From Eledone cirrhosa (lineage: Eukaryota): a stretch of 64,000 nt of DNA. Shown here one piece after another: positions 37,007 through 51,348 of the stretch (its first letter is position 1; every line of letters begins with the position of its first letter). The notes beneath the pieces are model-generated. The model worked only from the letters and a program-made list of their open reading frames with translations, was not told where the DNA came from and did no database searches. Where the stretch lies: positions 239,134,001 to 239,198,000 of the forward strand of contig OZ024742.1 in the NCBI GenBank assembly GCA_964016885.1, read 5' to 3'. The position numbers and the translations under genes are program-made.

Positions 37007-38304
37007 CTAGCAGCAGTACCCGGCGTTGCACGGGATAAGGTATTTTGGAGCGCGGGCCGCCAACAGACCTAATCGTGGAAAAACGGCATGCCTGGACAAT
37101 ATGTAAAGAAAATAAACCGAATACTCTGATAGCTGGATAATCTTTAAGATTTTCCTCGATGAAGGAGGAAAAATGCAGAAGAAGAGACTGACTAATACAT
37201 AGTTACAATTTCAAAATGCAGAAGAAGAGACTGACTAATACATAGTTACAATTTCAAAGAAATCGGTCTGACGTAACGCCTCAAAAAACCCCTGAAAAGC
37301 TGAAAAAACACAGTTTTTCACCTAATGCGGGCCCTAGGGGATCAAAAAGTTGAATTTTATGTGCATAACACTCCCTGAAACATAGGTATTACATGTGTAA
37401 AGTTTGAAAACAGTCGGTTGGGTGCTTCTCGAGTTTAAGGGATTCAAACTCTCTCACACACACACAGACATTCTCAGTTTTATATATATATAGACTAGCA
37501 GAAAACCACCCGGTGGGCGGTTTTCTGCTAGCAAATCTAGTGTATATACTGATATTGTTGAGATTTGGATGAGAAATGTTTTCGGCACCACGGTGTGTCT
37601 TTTATGCATGTATAAATATATATGTTATCTATACGGTGAAATCTTTGAAATATATGTTAAAAGGAGAAAAAGAGATTAGTGACGGAAATATAAACGTTAT
37701 GATATAACGATGGAAATATATAAACGTTTACGATAAAACGATGGAAATAGAAACGTTTATATATAATGATAAGTCGAAACACTCGTAAAGCGAAACGTAT
37801 AAATAAAGATTAATGTAATGAATTTGAAAAGAGATTTGAAACCGCGTCTATTTGTTTCCTTGGCATTTTTTATAGACGGACAGACAGACAAACAGAGAAA
37901 TGCCCATTATATATTATAAGTAGACTTGGCATGCTGTCAAGTCAGAACCGCCTCGAACTGGTTACTTCTGGCTTGTGCAAGGTGTCTCTATAGCAACCAG
38001 CGATTCCCTCGGCCTCAGTGACCAAAGTCAGTGGAGAGGGGAAGGTAATGTTTCTATAGCGACAGTGTTTCTCTTGGTAGTACCAAAGTGGAGAAAGGAA
38101 GGGGAAGGTAATATTTCTGTAGCACGTGTTTTAGCGGCTATTCACTCTCTCTCCCTCTCTCCCTCCTACTATCCCCCTCTCGTAGTCTGTCTCTTTCTTT
38201 CACTCTCTCTCTCTACGTGTGTGCAAAAAACATTCGCACGCGCGCACGTGTTTCCACTGTCGAACAGACAGACAGAGAAATTGCTGGTTATATATATAAG
38301 TAGA
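37007..38304 (-). mobile_element. Composite non-autonomous Helitron (copy 1)
   Basis: 5' A|TC at 38304; 3' hairpin cccgtgcaacgccggg plus CTAG|T at 37007; internal CTAG|TC junction at 37493-37498. Confidence 0.8.
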
Positions 38305-38964
38305 TTATCCCTTTAGCATCTAAACCAGCCATATCTGACCAGGATTCTCTCACTTTCTGTTCAAACTGGTCGTAACCAGCCGCTCATACTGATGTTAAGG
38401 TATAAATAAATAACAAAATCTCATAGATTCAATATTATGTGAGATAAAGTCTTTACTACGAAAATACAATAGTATATATAGAGTAATGTAAATGCTAAAG
38501 GGTTAAATATACATATATATATATATGTGAAGGCACATGGCTTAGTGGTTAGAGCATTGGGCTTGTAATCGAAAGGTTGTAAGTTCAATACTCGGACTGG
38601 GTAATGTGTTGTTTGCTTGAGCAAGACACTTTATTTCACATTGCTCCAGTTTACTCAGCTGTAGAAATGAGATGATAGGACTAGGGTCCCTATCATTCTA
38701 CTGCAAAGTGGTCGTGGAGGTGCCACGGCAAAAAAAGCACCCAGACCACACTGTAAAGTGGACGTGTAGACGCCACGGAAAAAAAGCACCAGCACTCACT
38801 GTAAATGAGGTTGGTGTTAGGAATGGCATCCAGCTCTAGAAATCAAGCCAGAATCAGTTCCCGTATGAGCAAGACAAGGTCAGCCGACCGGACACTCAGG
38901 ACAACCCGTCTAACCCATGCTAGCGTGGAAGAACGGACGTAAAATGGTGATGATGATAATATAT

Positions 38965-41210
38965 ATCGTCATCATCATTTCTGTTTACCGTCAATTCTTC
39001 CATGCTTGCATGGGTTAGATGCGTCATCCACGTTGGGAGGCAAATCTGGCCATGTCGCACCTTGCTACGACGAGGACTATACATTTACCCGGGTATTTCG
39101 CAGCTGGATGCCCTTCCTAACACCAACCATATTTACAGTGTGGGACTGAATGGCTCCGTCATGAGGAAGGACAGGCCAGTTAGCCGCAGAAAACCTCTCA
39201 CAAAGGAACCAGTTTTGGAGCCTGGTACCGGATGAGGAGGGACAGATGTGGAGACACAGTTTAGGAGTCTGACATTGGTTGGCACCACTATGTGAAGAAG
39301 CCAGTTGGAGCCCAGTACTGGATGGCACCGATACGAGGAGCCTAACCCATCTCAGAACGTAGCCATAGTTTCGTGGCTCGGTGTCTGATGTTACCGCTAT
39401 GAGGAGGAACAGGCCAGTTGGCTGTGCCAAACCCATCTCACAGCGTAACCATAGTTTAGGAGCCCGAAACTGGATGATGCTGCTATGAGGAGGGATAGGT
39501 GAGGAACCACAGTATGGGAACCTGGCTCACAGCATGAACACAGATTTTGGAGCTCGGCACTGGATGACACCACTATTGGAAGGGACAGGCCAATTTGGCT
39601 GCGCTGAACCCCTCCGACAGTGGCATCCCAGCATCAGGATCGGGTACTCTCCACGCGACGATTCCATCTCAGTACAAAACCACATTTTGGGAGAGCCAAG
39701 CGTTGGATGGCACCCAACCTACAGTGCAGTCATAGTTTCGTGGCTCTGATAGCACTGCCATGAGGATGGACAGGCCAGTTGGCTGTGCTGAACCTCACAG
39801 CAGGAACGCATTTTTGGAGCCTGGTACTTGATCACACCACTATGATGAGGAATAGGCCAGTGACCGCGCCGAACCCTACTCACAGCAGCACTCTAGTTTC
39901 GGAGCGTGGTTCTTTCCGGGCAACATACCCTTCTCAATATGAAACCACCTTTTGGGAGCCTGGGACTGGATGGCTGCACTATGTGCAGGGACAGGTTAGT
40001 TGGCTGCGCCGGACCATCCAGACAGCGGACCCTTGTTCAGGTTCGGAGCCTGGCACTGGGTGACCCTGGCACTCTCCGCATGACGAACCCTTCACAAGAT
40101 CACATTTTACTTCTGGAGCCCCGGACTAGATGACTGCAATGAAACTCTTGTGGACCTGCCATGGAACTTGTTTGCGGTATGGGGCTGGGTGGTGGCGTTT
40201 TGATTTGAGTTGTTGGGATAGGTCTCTTGTTGAACATTGTAGTGCCAGAGGACTTGGTCCTGTGTCATCTCCATTGGGAGATTTAGTTGAGTTATGTCCG
40301 CCCTTATCGTTTCATCTGTCTTCCTGGGTTTTCCTCTCTTGGTGCCTCCTGTAACTCTTAAAGTCCTACACCTCTTTAAGCAGTTGCCATCCTTTATGCG
40401 CATCATGTGACCATACCACCACAGTCTTCCCTCTTGCCCACAGCGTTTGATCCCTCTTATAACTAGTCTCACTCTTAATATATTAACACTTTGCCGTTCG
40501 CGCACACTTCTGTTACACATCCATCTGACCATATATGCTTCGTTTCTTTCCAGCCTCCGTAAGTCCTCGGCACGCAGAGCCCATGTTTCGCTACCATGTA
40601 GCATTGCTGAACGCACGCAGGCATCGTACAGCTTGCCTTTTATCTTAAGTGAGAGACATTTTATATATATCATCATCATCATCACTGTTTAACGTCCATT
40701 TTTCCACGCTTGCATGGGTTATACAGGTTGTCTATGCTGGGAGGCAAGTCTGGCCAGAGTTGGCCATGTCGCACTTTGCTCTGGTGAGGACTGTAAATTT
40801 TGCCAGGTATTTTACAGCTGTATGCCCTTCCTAACACCAACCACATTTACAATGTGGAACTGGATGGCTCTGTTATGAAGAGGGACAGGCTAGTTGACCA
40901 CACCGAACTCATCTCACAATGGAACCATAGTTTTGGAGCCCAGTACTGGATGGCACTGATACAAGGAGCCTAACCCATCACATAATGTAGCCATAGTTTT
41001 GTGGCCTGGTACTGGATGGCACCGCTATGAAGAGGGACAGGCCAGTTGGCTGCACCGAACCCTTCACACAGCGGACCCCAGAAGCCATGACCATGTTTAC
41101 AGTGTGGAACTGGATGGCACCTCTATGTGGAGGGACATGGCAGTTGGCCGCACCAAGCCCTTCTCGCAGTGGAACCATATTTTGGAAACCTGGAACCAAA
41201 TGGCGATAAA
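38965..41210 (-). mobile_element. Two RTE 3' ends whose 3' UTRs carry a degenerate ~60-90 bp minisatellite
   Basis: RTE ORF remnant ~40240-40660 (KGKLYDACVRSAMLHGSETW); repeated atgaggagggacaggccagttggctg...gaaccc...ggagcctggtactggatggcac units. Confidence 0.75.
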
Positions 41211-41433
41211 AGCCATGTTAGCCAAAACAGCTCACTGGAAGGTGGTGGGTAGGAGGGCTGCAGAGATGATATAGCTAAGGCTTAGTTTTACATTGGGGGA
41301 GGCAGCTGAAGCATTTAAAACAGAGGTTCTCAAACTTTTTGGCCACCGCCCCTATTATTGCCATGTAATACCCTCAGCGCCCCTGATCCTGTTTCCAGAT
41401 GGACCTGCCTACATGCAAATTCTAAATAATATA

Positions 41434-43828
41434 TCTTTATATATATAAAATTCTCTGTCTCTCTGTCTTTTCCTTATGCATTCCCAAACGGCTCGACCAA
41501 ATCAAATCAAATCAAATTAGACCCCGGGAGTGACATCATTTTTATTTTCAATTGGATTAAAGCAATATAACACTTTAGCTAAAATAATCTACTATAGACA
41601 ACTATAAGTAAACGGATATTTTATAACCTGATGACGACGTCACATTTTGTCTATGAGTGTGTGTTGTTTGCATGTTCGACATACGTTATCCCTTAGTAAG
41701 TTACAGACACACACATCATCATTCATCATTTCATTTTACGTCCGCTTTTTCCCTGCTTGCAAGGGTCAGGCAGGAACTGATTCTGGCTTGATTTCTACAG
41801 CTGGATGCCCTTCCTAACACCAACCTCATTTACAGTGAGTGCTGGGTGCTTTTTTGCTGTGGCACCTCCACGACCACTTTGCAGTGGAATGATATGGACC
41901 CCAGTCCCTATCATCTCATTTCTACAGCTGAGTAAACTGGAGCAATGTGAAATAAAGTGTCTTGCTCAAGGAAACAACACATCACCCGGTCTGAGAATTG
42001 AACTCACAACCTTTCGATTGCAAGGCCAATGCTCTAACCACTAAGCCATGTACCTCCATTCGCGTCGTAAATACTTAATCAGATACACAGACGAGAGAAT
42101 TAAACACACACATATACATAAATGTTTCCAGCCAGCGTCTCCAATTCAAACGCTGGTTTACACTCACAAACACACGCACACATACACGCACGCGTGTGCA
42201 CATGGACATACACATATCATGCTAGCTTGGGAGATAGACATTAAACGATGATGGTGATGATATCATCATCATCGTTTAACGTCCATCTTCCATGCTAGCA
42301 TGGGTTTGGACGGGAATTTTCCCACTTCAGGCAAGATTGGTTGTCTTGCTCGTATAGGACTGTCTGGCGGGTTTTCTACGGCTGGATGCCCTTCCTAACA
42401 CCAACCACGTTTACAGTGTGGACTGGGAGGTTTTTACAGTGTTACCTACATGGCCACATTACAGCGTGGAATGTGTGTTTTTTATTTAGGACTGGATGTT
42501 GTGGTACCAACATAACTTTACATCGAAGGGGGTGGTGTGGATGGGGTGGGGGTAGTGGGACGGGGGTGTATTTCGGTAAGAGGTGCCTACTGACTAGGTT
42601 TCGCTTTGCACTTAGGCAAGGTGGGTCTTCTGTATTACTGCGTAGCGCCAAAGATCTCGGTCCAGTGACATTGTCTTGGAGAGGTGTAAGTGTGTGAGGT
42701 CGGAATTTATCAAGTCATCCCAGGTTTTTCTGGGTCTGCCTACTCCATGGGTACTGTCTATTTCGATCGCCCTGTACTTTTTTATACCGCTGTCATCTTT
42801 CATGCGCATCACGTGACCATACCAATGTAGTCTTCTCTCGAGTAAACAGCATCTGATCCCTCTTATTCCTAATTTCTCACTTCATTTATGCTTTGCCATT
42901 CACATATATTACTATTACACATCCAACGGAGCATGCAAGCTTCGTTCCTCTCCAGTCTGCGTAGATCCTTTGTACACAATGCCCAAGTCTCACTGCCATG
43001 TAACATTGCTGTTCGTATGCAGGCATCATACAGCCTGCCTTTCATTTTTAGAGAGAAACCTTTAGCGGCCAATAGTGGTATAATCTCTCTGAACTTTTTC
43101 CATCCCATTCTGACTCTAGCTACTGTACTTCCAGAGCACCCTCCACCACTGCTGATTTTGTCACGCAGGTAACGGAAGGTGTCCACTATTTCTATAGAAC
43201 CATCTGTGCAATGGAATGGGCTAGTATTCTGTGGGCACTTGCTGCCTCTTATTGCTATATATATATATATATATAATATAAAATATTTGAACTTCCATCA
43301 CCCTTTTGAGAAATGTGGACCTGCTACTTCTATGCAATGGCACACATTTTACAGTCAGTTGGATGAGAAACCATTTCATAGAGGTCACTATTCTTGGAGG
43401 CAATCATCAAGGAGAAAATGCATTTATTCCCAAGATTCCTCTTATCCCTTCCTCTGCCGTTCAAATTCTCAACACTTCAGTTCCCTGTTAGAGCCAGTTT
43501 TACTATGACCATAAACAAAGCTCAGGTTCAAAGTCTCAAAGTTGTAGAATTGAATATGAGAGAATTGGTTTTTACACATGGACAGTTATATGTAAGTTGT
43601 TCATGAGTTTATATGTAGGTTGTTCATGAAATCTTCATATACTATGCACTAACTGTAAAACGAAGAATTTGGTGTATCTGGAAGATTTTTTTACTGTTTT
43701 TTGTTTTGTCACACAAACCATGGTCTTGTCTAATACTGTAAACCAGACAAACATCCAATACAGTCATTTTCTCTTCTACCTGTCTTCTCTTATCTGTTTA
43801 CCTGGGCGAAGTTGAGTACATCAGCTAG
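41434..43828 (+). mobile_element. Helitron deletion derivative with a PIF1 helicase C-terminal remnant (~43270-43700)
   Basis: A|TC 5' end at 41434; LCNGT, FIPKIPLIP, QFPVRASFTMTINKAQVQSL, HGQLYVSCS; decayed hairpin plus CTAG|T at 43825. Confidence 0.82.
42262..43256 (-). mobile_element. RTE LINE 3' fragment
   Basis: ORFs 42869-43186 and 42612-42812; same family as 30081-31827. Confidence 0.9.
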
Positions 43829-44068
43829 TAATAAATAAAATCGTTAATTTATATATAATAAATAATATATATGCTATGTATAAATAAATATTATATATTT
43901 TTTATTTTACTACATTTATATATATGTGTATCATTTGATATTTAATATACTATTATATCATCTCTACTGATCCCCATCCACCTCGGCACGGTAGTGCCCA
44001 CTTTGAGAACCTCTGATTTAACAGGAATTAAAAGCATTGAAATAATTGAAAATAAGGGGAATATTTTT

Positions 44069-44135
<67 letters not shown>

Positions 44136-44327
44136 GACACCCGTGACCTGTTGGGTCATGTTCACTTTTTAAAAATCACGTTCACTTACAAATAATTTTT
44201 AAATAATTAAAATATACACAGACGTGTATATAATGTGAAATGAAACTGCAAGGCCCATATATATCTGTGTGTGTGTATGTATATATAAATGTGTGTGTGT
44301 TTACATACATATATATATATATATATA

Positions 44328-46982
44328 CCAGAAGACGTGACAGAATGCACCTCCCAACATAGACTCCTAGTCAGCGACCTCATAGTCAGGACGAGACGTA
44401 CTCGACAACAGAGGAGGACTACCCTAAGGAGAAGAATATGGAAGTTAAAGGGCTCCACAGCCAGTAACAAATTTAAAAGCATATTACTTGATGCTTTTGA
44501 CAGTAAGGAAGAGCAATTAGAGTCGTACAATATAGAGGAACAGTGGGAATTACTGAAAGCTAACCTGCTGAAGGCAACAGATGAAATCTGTGGCTGGAGC
44601 AAACCTATAGGCAGGAGGACAGTAACTTGGTAGTGGAACAGTAAGGTGGAGGAGTCAAACAAGGCCAAAAAGCAGGCTTGGAAAGTATGGCGGGATGGGG
44701 GAAGTAGAGAAGACTATCAAGTGGCCAGGAGGGAAGTTAGGAGACAATTGTACTTTGCAAGAAAGGAAGCAGAGAAAAGAAAGTTCAAGCATATTCTACA
44801 ACGCGAGGACCAAAAATGTGAGGTGTTCAGGATTGCTAGGCAATGTGTCAAGGAAAACTGTGATATTGTCGGGGAGAAGTGTGCTCGTAATGATGATTGG
44901 TGTACTTGCCATCACTGACGCTGATCAGAAGGTAGCTTGAAAGTGTCACTACGAGAGGCTACTAAATGAGGAGAATAAATGGGACAAAGATATTCTGCCC
45001 CACATCGATCCAATAGAGAGACCAACAGTGCAAGTTGAAGGTAGTATAATAAGTAAGGCAATCAAAGATATGAAGACAAGCAAGGCAACTGGGCCTTCGG
45101 AGATAGTTGCTGAAATGCTGAAAGCCTCTGGAACAGTGGGACACACTATGGTCACTCGGATAGTAAACCAAGTCATACAGAATGGGGTCATACCAAATGA
45201 CTGGCGTAGCAGCATCATCATTAACTGCTACAAGGGTAGATAGGGGAAACTATAGAGGCATTAAATTAATTGACCAGGTCATGAAGGTCACCGAAAAAGT
45301 TATAGCGCAACTAATCGGATAGCGAATTGATCTAGATGAAATGCAGTTTGGGTTTGTGTCAGGTAAAAGTACCACAGACGCTCTTTTCTTTGTACAACAA
45401 CTACAGGAGAAGTACCTAGCTAAAAATAAACCCCTATACTTAGCTTTTGTTGACTTGGAGAAAACCTTTGACAGAGTCCCCCGCTCCATTATCTGGTGGG
45501 CTCTTAGAAAACTAGGTGTTGATGAATGGCTTGTGAGAGCTATACAAGCCATGTATAAAGAAACAGTCAGCAAGGTTAGAATTAACAACGAATATAGTAA
45601 AGAATTTAGCGTAAAAGTTGGTGTTCAGCAGGGCTCTGTCCTTAGCCCCCTCCTATTTATTATTGCCCTTCAGACTATAACAGAGGAGTTCAAGACCGGC
45701 TGCCCATGTGAATTTCTATACGCAGATGATCTAACACTCATAGCTGAATCAATGGCTGAACTAGAGAAGAAATTCCAAACATGGAAGCATGGCCTAGAAT
45801 CAAAAGGCCTTAAAATTAACTTGTCTTAGACTAAAGTTCTAGTATGTACGAAGGAAAATAGGGCACTGGTCCCATCTGGGGAATAGCCATGCTCAGTGTG
45901 TAGGAAAGGAGTAGGCAGAAACTCCATTTTATGTCCCAAATCCAAAGTATGGGTGCATAAAAGATGTAGTGGGATCACAGGTAAGCTAACTAAGAACATA
46001 GATTGCCCAGATGGTTCTATAGAAATAGTGGACACCTTCCGTTACCTGGGTGACAAAAATCAGCAGTAGTGGAGGGTGCTCTGAAAGTACAGTAGCCAGA
46101 GTCAGAACGGGATGGAAAAAGTTCAGAGAGCTTATACCACTATTGGCCGCTAAAGGTTTCTCTCTAAAAATGAAAGGCAGACTGTATGATGCCTGCATAC
46201 GAACAGCAATGTTACATGGCAGTGAGACATGGGCATTGTGTGCAGAGGATCTGCACAGACTGGAGAGGAACGAAACTTGCATGCTCCGTTGGATATGTAA
46301 TAGTAATATACGTGAACGGCAAAGCATAAATGAACTAAGTGAGAAATTAGGAATAAGATGGATCAGATGCTGTTTACTCGAGAGAAGACTACGTTGGTAT
46401 GGTCACATGATGTGCATGAAAGACGACAGCTGTATAAAAAAGTGCAGGGCGATCAAAATAGATGGAAGCTACGGAGTAGGCAGACCCAGAATAAACCTGG
46501 GATGATTTGATAAATTCCGACCTTACACGCTTACACCTCTCCGAGACAATGTCACTGGACCGAGATCTTTGGCGCTACGCATTAATACAGAAGACCCGCC
46601 TTGTCTAAGTACAAAGCAAAACCTACAGTCAGTAGGCACCTCTTAACCAAAAATACACACCCATCCCACTACCCCTACCCTCATCTACACCACCCCTTTC
46701 TCTGTAAAGTTATGTTGGTACCACAACATCCAGTCCTAAATAAATGAGGCCGTGTGTCACGACAAAAAAACACATTCCACGCTGTAATGTGGTCGTGTAG
46801 GTAACACGCTAAAAACCTCCCAGTCCACACTGTAAATGTGGTTGGTGTTAGTAAGGGCATCAACCCGCAGAAAACCTGCCAGACAGTCCTATACGAGCAA
46901 GACAACCAATCTTGCCTCAAGTGGGACAATTCCCGTCTAAACCCATGTTAGCGTGGAAGATAGACGTTAAACGATGATGATG
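44328..46982 (+). mobile_element. RTE LINE ORF2 (end of EN, RT, C-terminus) plus 3' UTR; frameshifts and stops
   Basis: SQHRLLVSD, KATGPSEI.AEMLK, IPNDWRSS, QFGF...FLYADD, RRLRWYGH; (GAT)n tail. Confidence 0.95.
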
Positions 46983-47402
46983 GTGTGTGTGTGTATATAT
47001 ATATATATGTGGGTTTCTGTGATCTATATACACTGGTCATAGACACACACGCATATATATATATATACACACACACTCACATACATATACACAACACCAC
47101 CACCAGCTCTCTCTTCCATTTTTCTTCTCTGTCTCCTCTCCCTCTCTATGTCTCTCTTTCAATCTACTCTCTCACAACCTCTATCTTTTTCTCACTCTCT
47201 GTTTATGAAGGTACCCGGAAAAAACCCATATCTCGGGAACCCGTACTTTGATTTACGCAAAACTTGTTTTATTCCATTTGTATTCCCAATTCAGCGTCAA
47301 CTTCCTTTCAAAGTATTTTCCCATTATGCACCTTTTGGCTGTATTACATTACAGACAAGCAAGCAATCACAGACTTTTAGTATTATATAGATATATTTAT
47401 TA

Positions 47403-48129
47403 TCTCCTTATAATATATCACCAGCAATTTCTCTGTCTGTCTGTCCGACAGTGGAAACACGTGCGCGCGTGGTTGCTATCTCTCTCTCTCTCTCCAGCTA
47501 TCCCTCTCTTTTAGTCTGTCAGTTTCTCTCACTCTCACTCTTTGTAACACACTAACATTCCTCCCCTCTATCGCTGTGACGAATGGGGAGATGGAGGAGG
47601 AGGAGGAGGAGAGTCACTTCGTCACTTCACCTCTGCCTTTCTTTCTCTCCCCTCTCACTCCCTCATTACGTACAGACATTAGGGCGGTGGATTGGCAGAA
47701 TCTGTAGAGAGTCGGACACCATGCTTCATAGCATGGAGTTACGTCCCTTTACGGTCTGAGTTCAAATACCGCCGAGGTTAACTTTGCCTTTCATCCTCAC
47801 GGGGTCGATAAAATAAAGTACCAGTAATGTACTGGGTAATTACTGGCCTTGTGCCAAAAGTAGAAACAATTATTAGAAACATTGCTTCATTTTTACATAT
47901 CTAAGCATTAGTAAAATAACTAATAATTTCAAAAGTAATTTTTCAATTCCAATTGTTATGAACAGCAAAACATTAATAATAATTTTGTTCTAAGAAATAT
48001 ATATACATTTCTGTGTGTTTAATATATATATATATATACACACACAGAAATATATATACATTTCTGTGTGTGTAATATATATATATATATATACACACAC
48101 AGAAATATATATACATTTCTGTGTGTGTA

Positions 48130-48162
<33 letters not shown>

Positions 48163-49554
48163 GAAATATATGGGTATTTCTCTGTCTGTCCTTCCCTAAA
48201 ACTCAAATGTAGGTGCTACAGAAATATTACCTTCCCCTTCCTTTCTCAACTTTGGTACTACCAAGAGAAACACTGTCGCTATAGAAACATTACCTTCCCC
48301 TCTCCACTGACTTTGGTCACTGAGGCCGAGGGAATCGCTGGTTGCTATAGAGACACCTTGCACAAGCCAGAAGTAACCAGTTCGAGGTGGTTCTGACTTG
48401 ACACCATGCCAAGGACCATTTGAAGATATATTTCCATCGTTATATCATAACGTTTATGTATCATAACGTTTATATTTCCGTCACTAATCTCTTTTTCTCT
48501 TTTTCGTTTTAACATATATTTATTTCAAAGATTTCACCGTATAGATAACATATATATTTATACATGCATAAAAGACACACCGAGAGACGGTGAACATGTG
48601 GTGCCGAAAACATTTCTCATCCAAATCTCAACAATATCAGTATATACACTAGATTTGCTAGCAGAAAACCACCCACCGGGTGGTTTTCTGCTAGTCTATA
48701 TATATAAAACTGAGGATGTCTGTCTGTGTGTGTGTGTGAGTTTGAATCCCTAAAACTCGAGAACCACCCAACCGACTGTTTTCAAACTTTACACATGTAA
48801 TACTTATGTTTCAAATTTTCTATGCCCCAGGGACCACATTAGGCGATTTAGCGATCTCGCTCTATAATTCTTAGTCTTTCTCTTTTTAGATAGATACATA
48901 CTTATAATATCTGTCTGTATGTCTGACTGTCTGCATTACGTCACTTCCTTGAGGGTGTGTGTGTGTGTGAGTTTGAATCCCTTAAACTCGAGAAGTACCC
49001 AACCGATTTTTTTCAAACTTTACATGTGTATTACTTATGTTTCAGGGAGTGTTATGTACATAAATTCAACTTTTTGTATCTCATAGGGCCTGCATTAGGT
49101 GAAAAACTGCGTTTAACATTTTTAGGGTTTTTTGAGGCGTTTATGTCAGACCAATTTCCTTGAAATTGTAACTATGTATTAGTCAGTCTCTTCTTCATAC
49201 CGTAAGCAAAGAAAATCCAACTTTCTTATGGCCTAGGGCCCGCATTAGGTGAAAAACTTCATTTTTTCAGCTTCTTAGGGCTTTTTGGAGGCGTTACATC
49301 TCGCCGATTTTCCTGAAATTTCAAGGCATATTATGCACATAAAAAAATTCATTTTCTTGATCCCCTAGGGCCCGCATTAGGTGAAAACCTGCATTTTTCC
49401 TCCTTCATCGAGGAAAATTTTAAAGATTATCTCCAGCCATCAGAGTATTCCGTTTATTATTTTTACATATTGTCCAGCCATGCAGTTTTTAGGTCTATTG
49501 GCGGCCCACATTCCAAAATACCTTATCCCGTGCAACGCCAGGTACCACTGCTAG
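47403..49554 (+). mobile_element. Composite non-autonomous Helitron (copy 2, inverted relative to 37007-38304, with extra insertions)
   Basis: A|TC at 47403; blocks homologous to 38225-38300, 37927-38125, 37495-37720 and 37007-37490 in inverse order; CTAG|TC at 48691-48696; terminal hairpin plus CTAG|T at 49551. Confidence 0.8.
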
Positions 49555-49711
49555 TATATATATTTCCATTCAGAGGGCATTATAAAATCCCAACTAACAA
49601 AGTAGTCAAATACGGTGTAAGCACATGTTACTACCTATTTTCAAACTTCGTTACTGTCTCAGAAACAAAGCCTGCTTTGTCTCTCTCGCTCTCTCTATCT
49701 ATCTATCTATA

Positions 49712-49775
<64 letters not shown>

Positions 49776-50537
49776 TATCATCATCATCATCATCATCATC
49801 AACGTTTAACGTCCGTGTTCCACGCTTGCATGGGTTTGGACGGGGGTTTTCCCACTTGAGGCAAGAGTGATTGTCTTGCTCGACATGCTGTAGTTATAGC
49901 TTCTAATTTGAATGGAAGAGAGGTGGGTGGCGTATTGGTGTATTGGTCCAGCAAACTAAAGATGTGGGTTTGTGCCTTATTTACGTCAATATTCATCCTT
50001 TTTCAATTCAGAGTTTTTTAAAATCCCAACTAACAGACTAATTTTATTTAGTCAAATACGGCGTAAGCACATGGTACTACCTATTTTCAAACACCGCTCG
50101 CTGTCTCATAAACAAAACCCGCTTTGTCTTGCTCTATATATCATATATTATATATATATGTGTATTTTATCATCATCATTTTCATCATCATTTCATTTTA
50201 CGTCCACTTTTCCCTGCTCGCAAGGGTGGGACGGGAACTGATTCTGGCTTGATTTCTACAGTTGGATGCCCTTCCTAACACCAACCTCATTTACAGTGAG
50301 TGCTGGGTGCTTTTTTGCCGTGGCACCTCCACGACCACTTTGCAGTGGAATGATAGGGACCGCAGTCCCTATCATCTCATTTCTACAGCTGAGTAAACTG
50401 GAGCAATGTGAAATAGAGTGAGCTTGCTCAAGGAAACAACACATCACCTGGTCTGAGAATTGAACTCACAACCTTTCGATTGCAAGCCCAATGCTCTAAC
50501 CACTAAGCCATGTGCCTCCATATATATATATTATATA

Positions 50538-51348
50538 CTAGCAGCAGTACCCAGCGTTGCCTGGGTAGGTAAAATAATATCTGCTTTGATGAAAAGGTGT
50601 TGATCTTAGCGACTGTTTCTTAATGACTCATCTATGGCCACACACAGGCCATGCGGGGGAGGGTGGTGATGACCTCTATCACTGAGAAATGCGGGTGACT
50701 GACGAAGGGGCATTCTGGGGGAGGGAGTTTCGAATTTGAATGAAATCGGGTGAAATATGTGGGAGTTAGAGCAGAAAACGCGGAAATTTGAACGAAAAGG
50801 TGGTATTTTTGAATATTTAAGCGGCTGCCACGCCGTTCCTGAACAAAAATTCCAAAATGTAAAGCCACTTTAAGACGTGAAATAATCAGATCTAGCGTAG
50901 TCTAAAATTTATACAAAATAGATTGATTAATGTGGGAGCTAGAGCCGAAATAGTGGAAATTTGAGTCTAAAAGTGGTATTTTTGAATATTTAAGTGGCTG
51001 CCACGCCGTCCCTGAACAACAAATGCAAAATATAAAGCCATTACAGGATGTGCAATGATAAATTCTATTTTGCTTTAAAATTTGAACGAAATTGGTGGCA
51101 AAATGTGGGAGCTAGAGCCAAAAATCTTATTTTTCGATACCTAAAATAAGGTGACCCCCCCTATCGATTTTTCTCTGCAGAATGACCCCGGAATAAAAAA
51201 AACGATACGCTGATATATAGAAAACATTCCCTGATGAGTAATCTATGAGCCTGTAAAGTTTCATGAAAATTGGTTGTAAAATCGGTTGTAAGACCCCTGC
51301 CCCTTTTGGTAATACACAGACACATACTTAATTTTATATATATACAGA
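50538..51348 (-). mobile_element. Non-autonomous Helitron with internal ~180-bp tandem repeats
   Basis: CTAG at 50538 with hairpin cccaggcaacgctggg; A|TC 5' end at 51348; atgtgggag(c/t)tagagc repeated near 50757, 50931 and 51103. Confidence 0.75.

Larger units (their letters stand above)
41321..44015. mobile_element. hAT-type MITE expanded by nested insertions
   Basis: TIRs cagaggttctcaaa / tttgagaacctctg; 8-bp TSD atttaaaa / atttaaca (7 of 8 match). Confidence 0.8.

Noticed and set aside
41628-41645. Isolated CTGATGA (also at ~25666 and ~51232)
   Set aside because: No properly placed stem II plus GAAA/UH; expected by chance.
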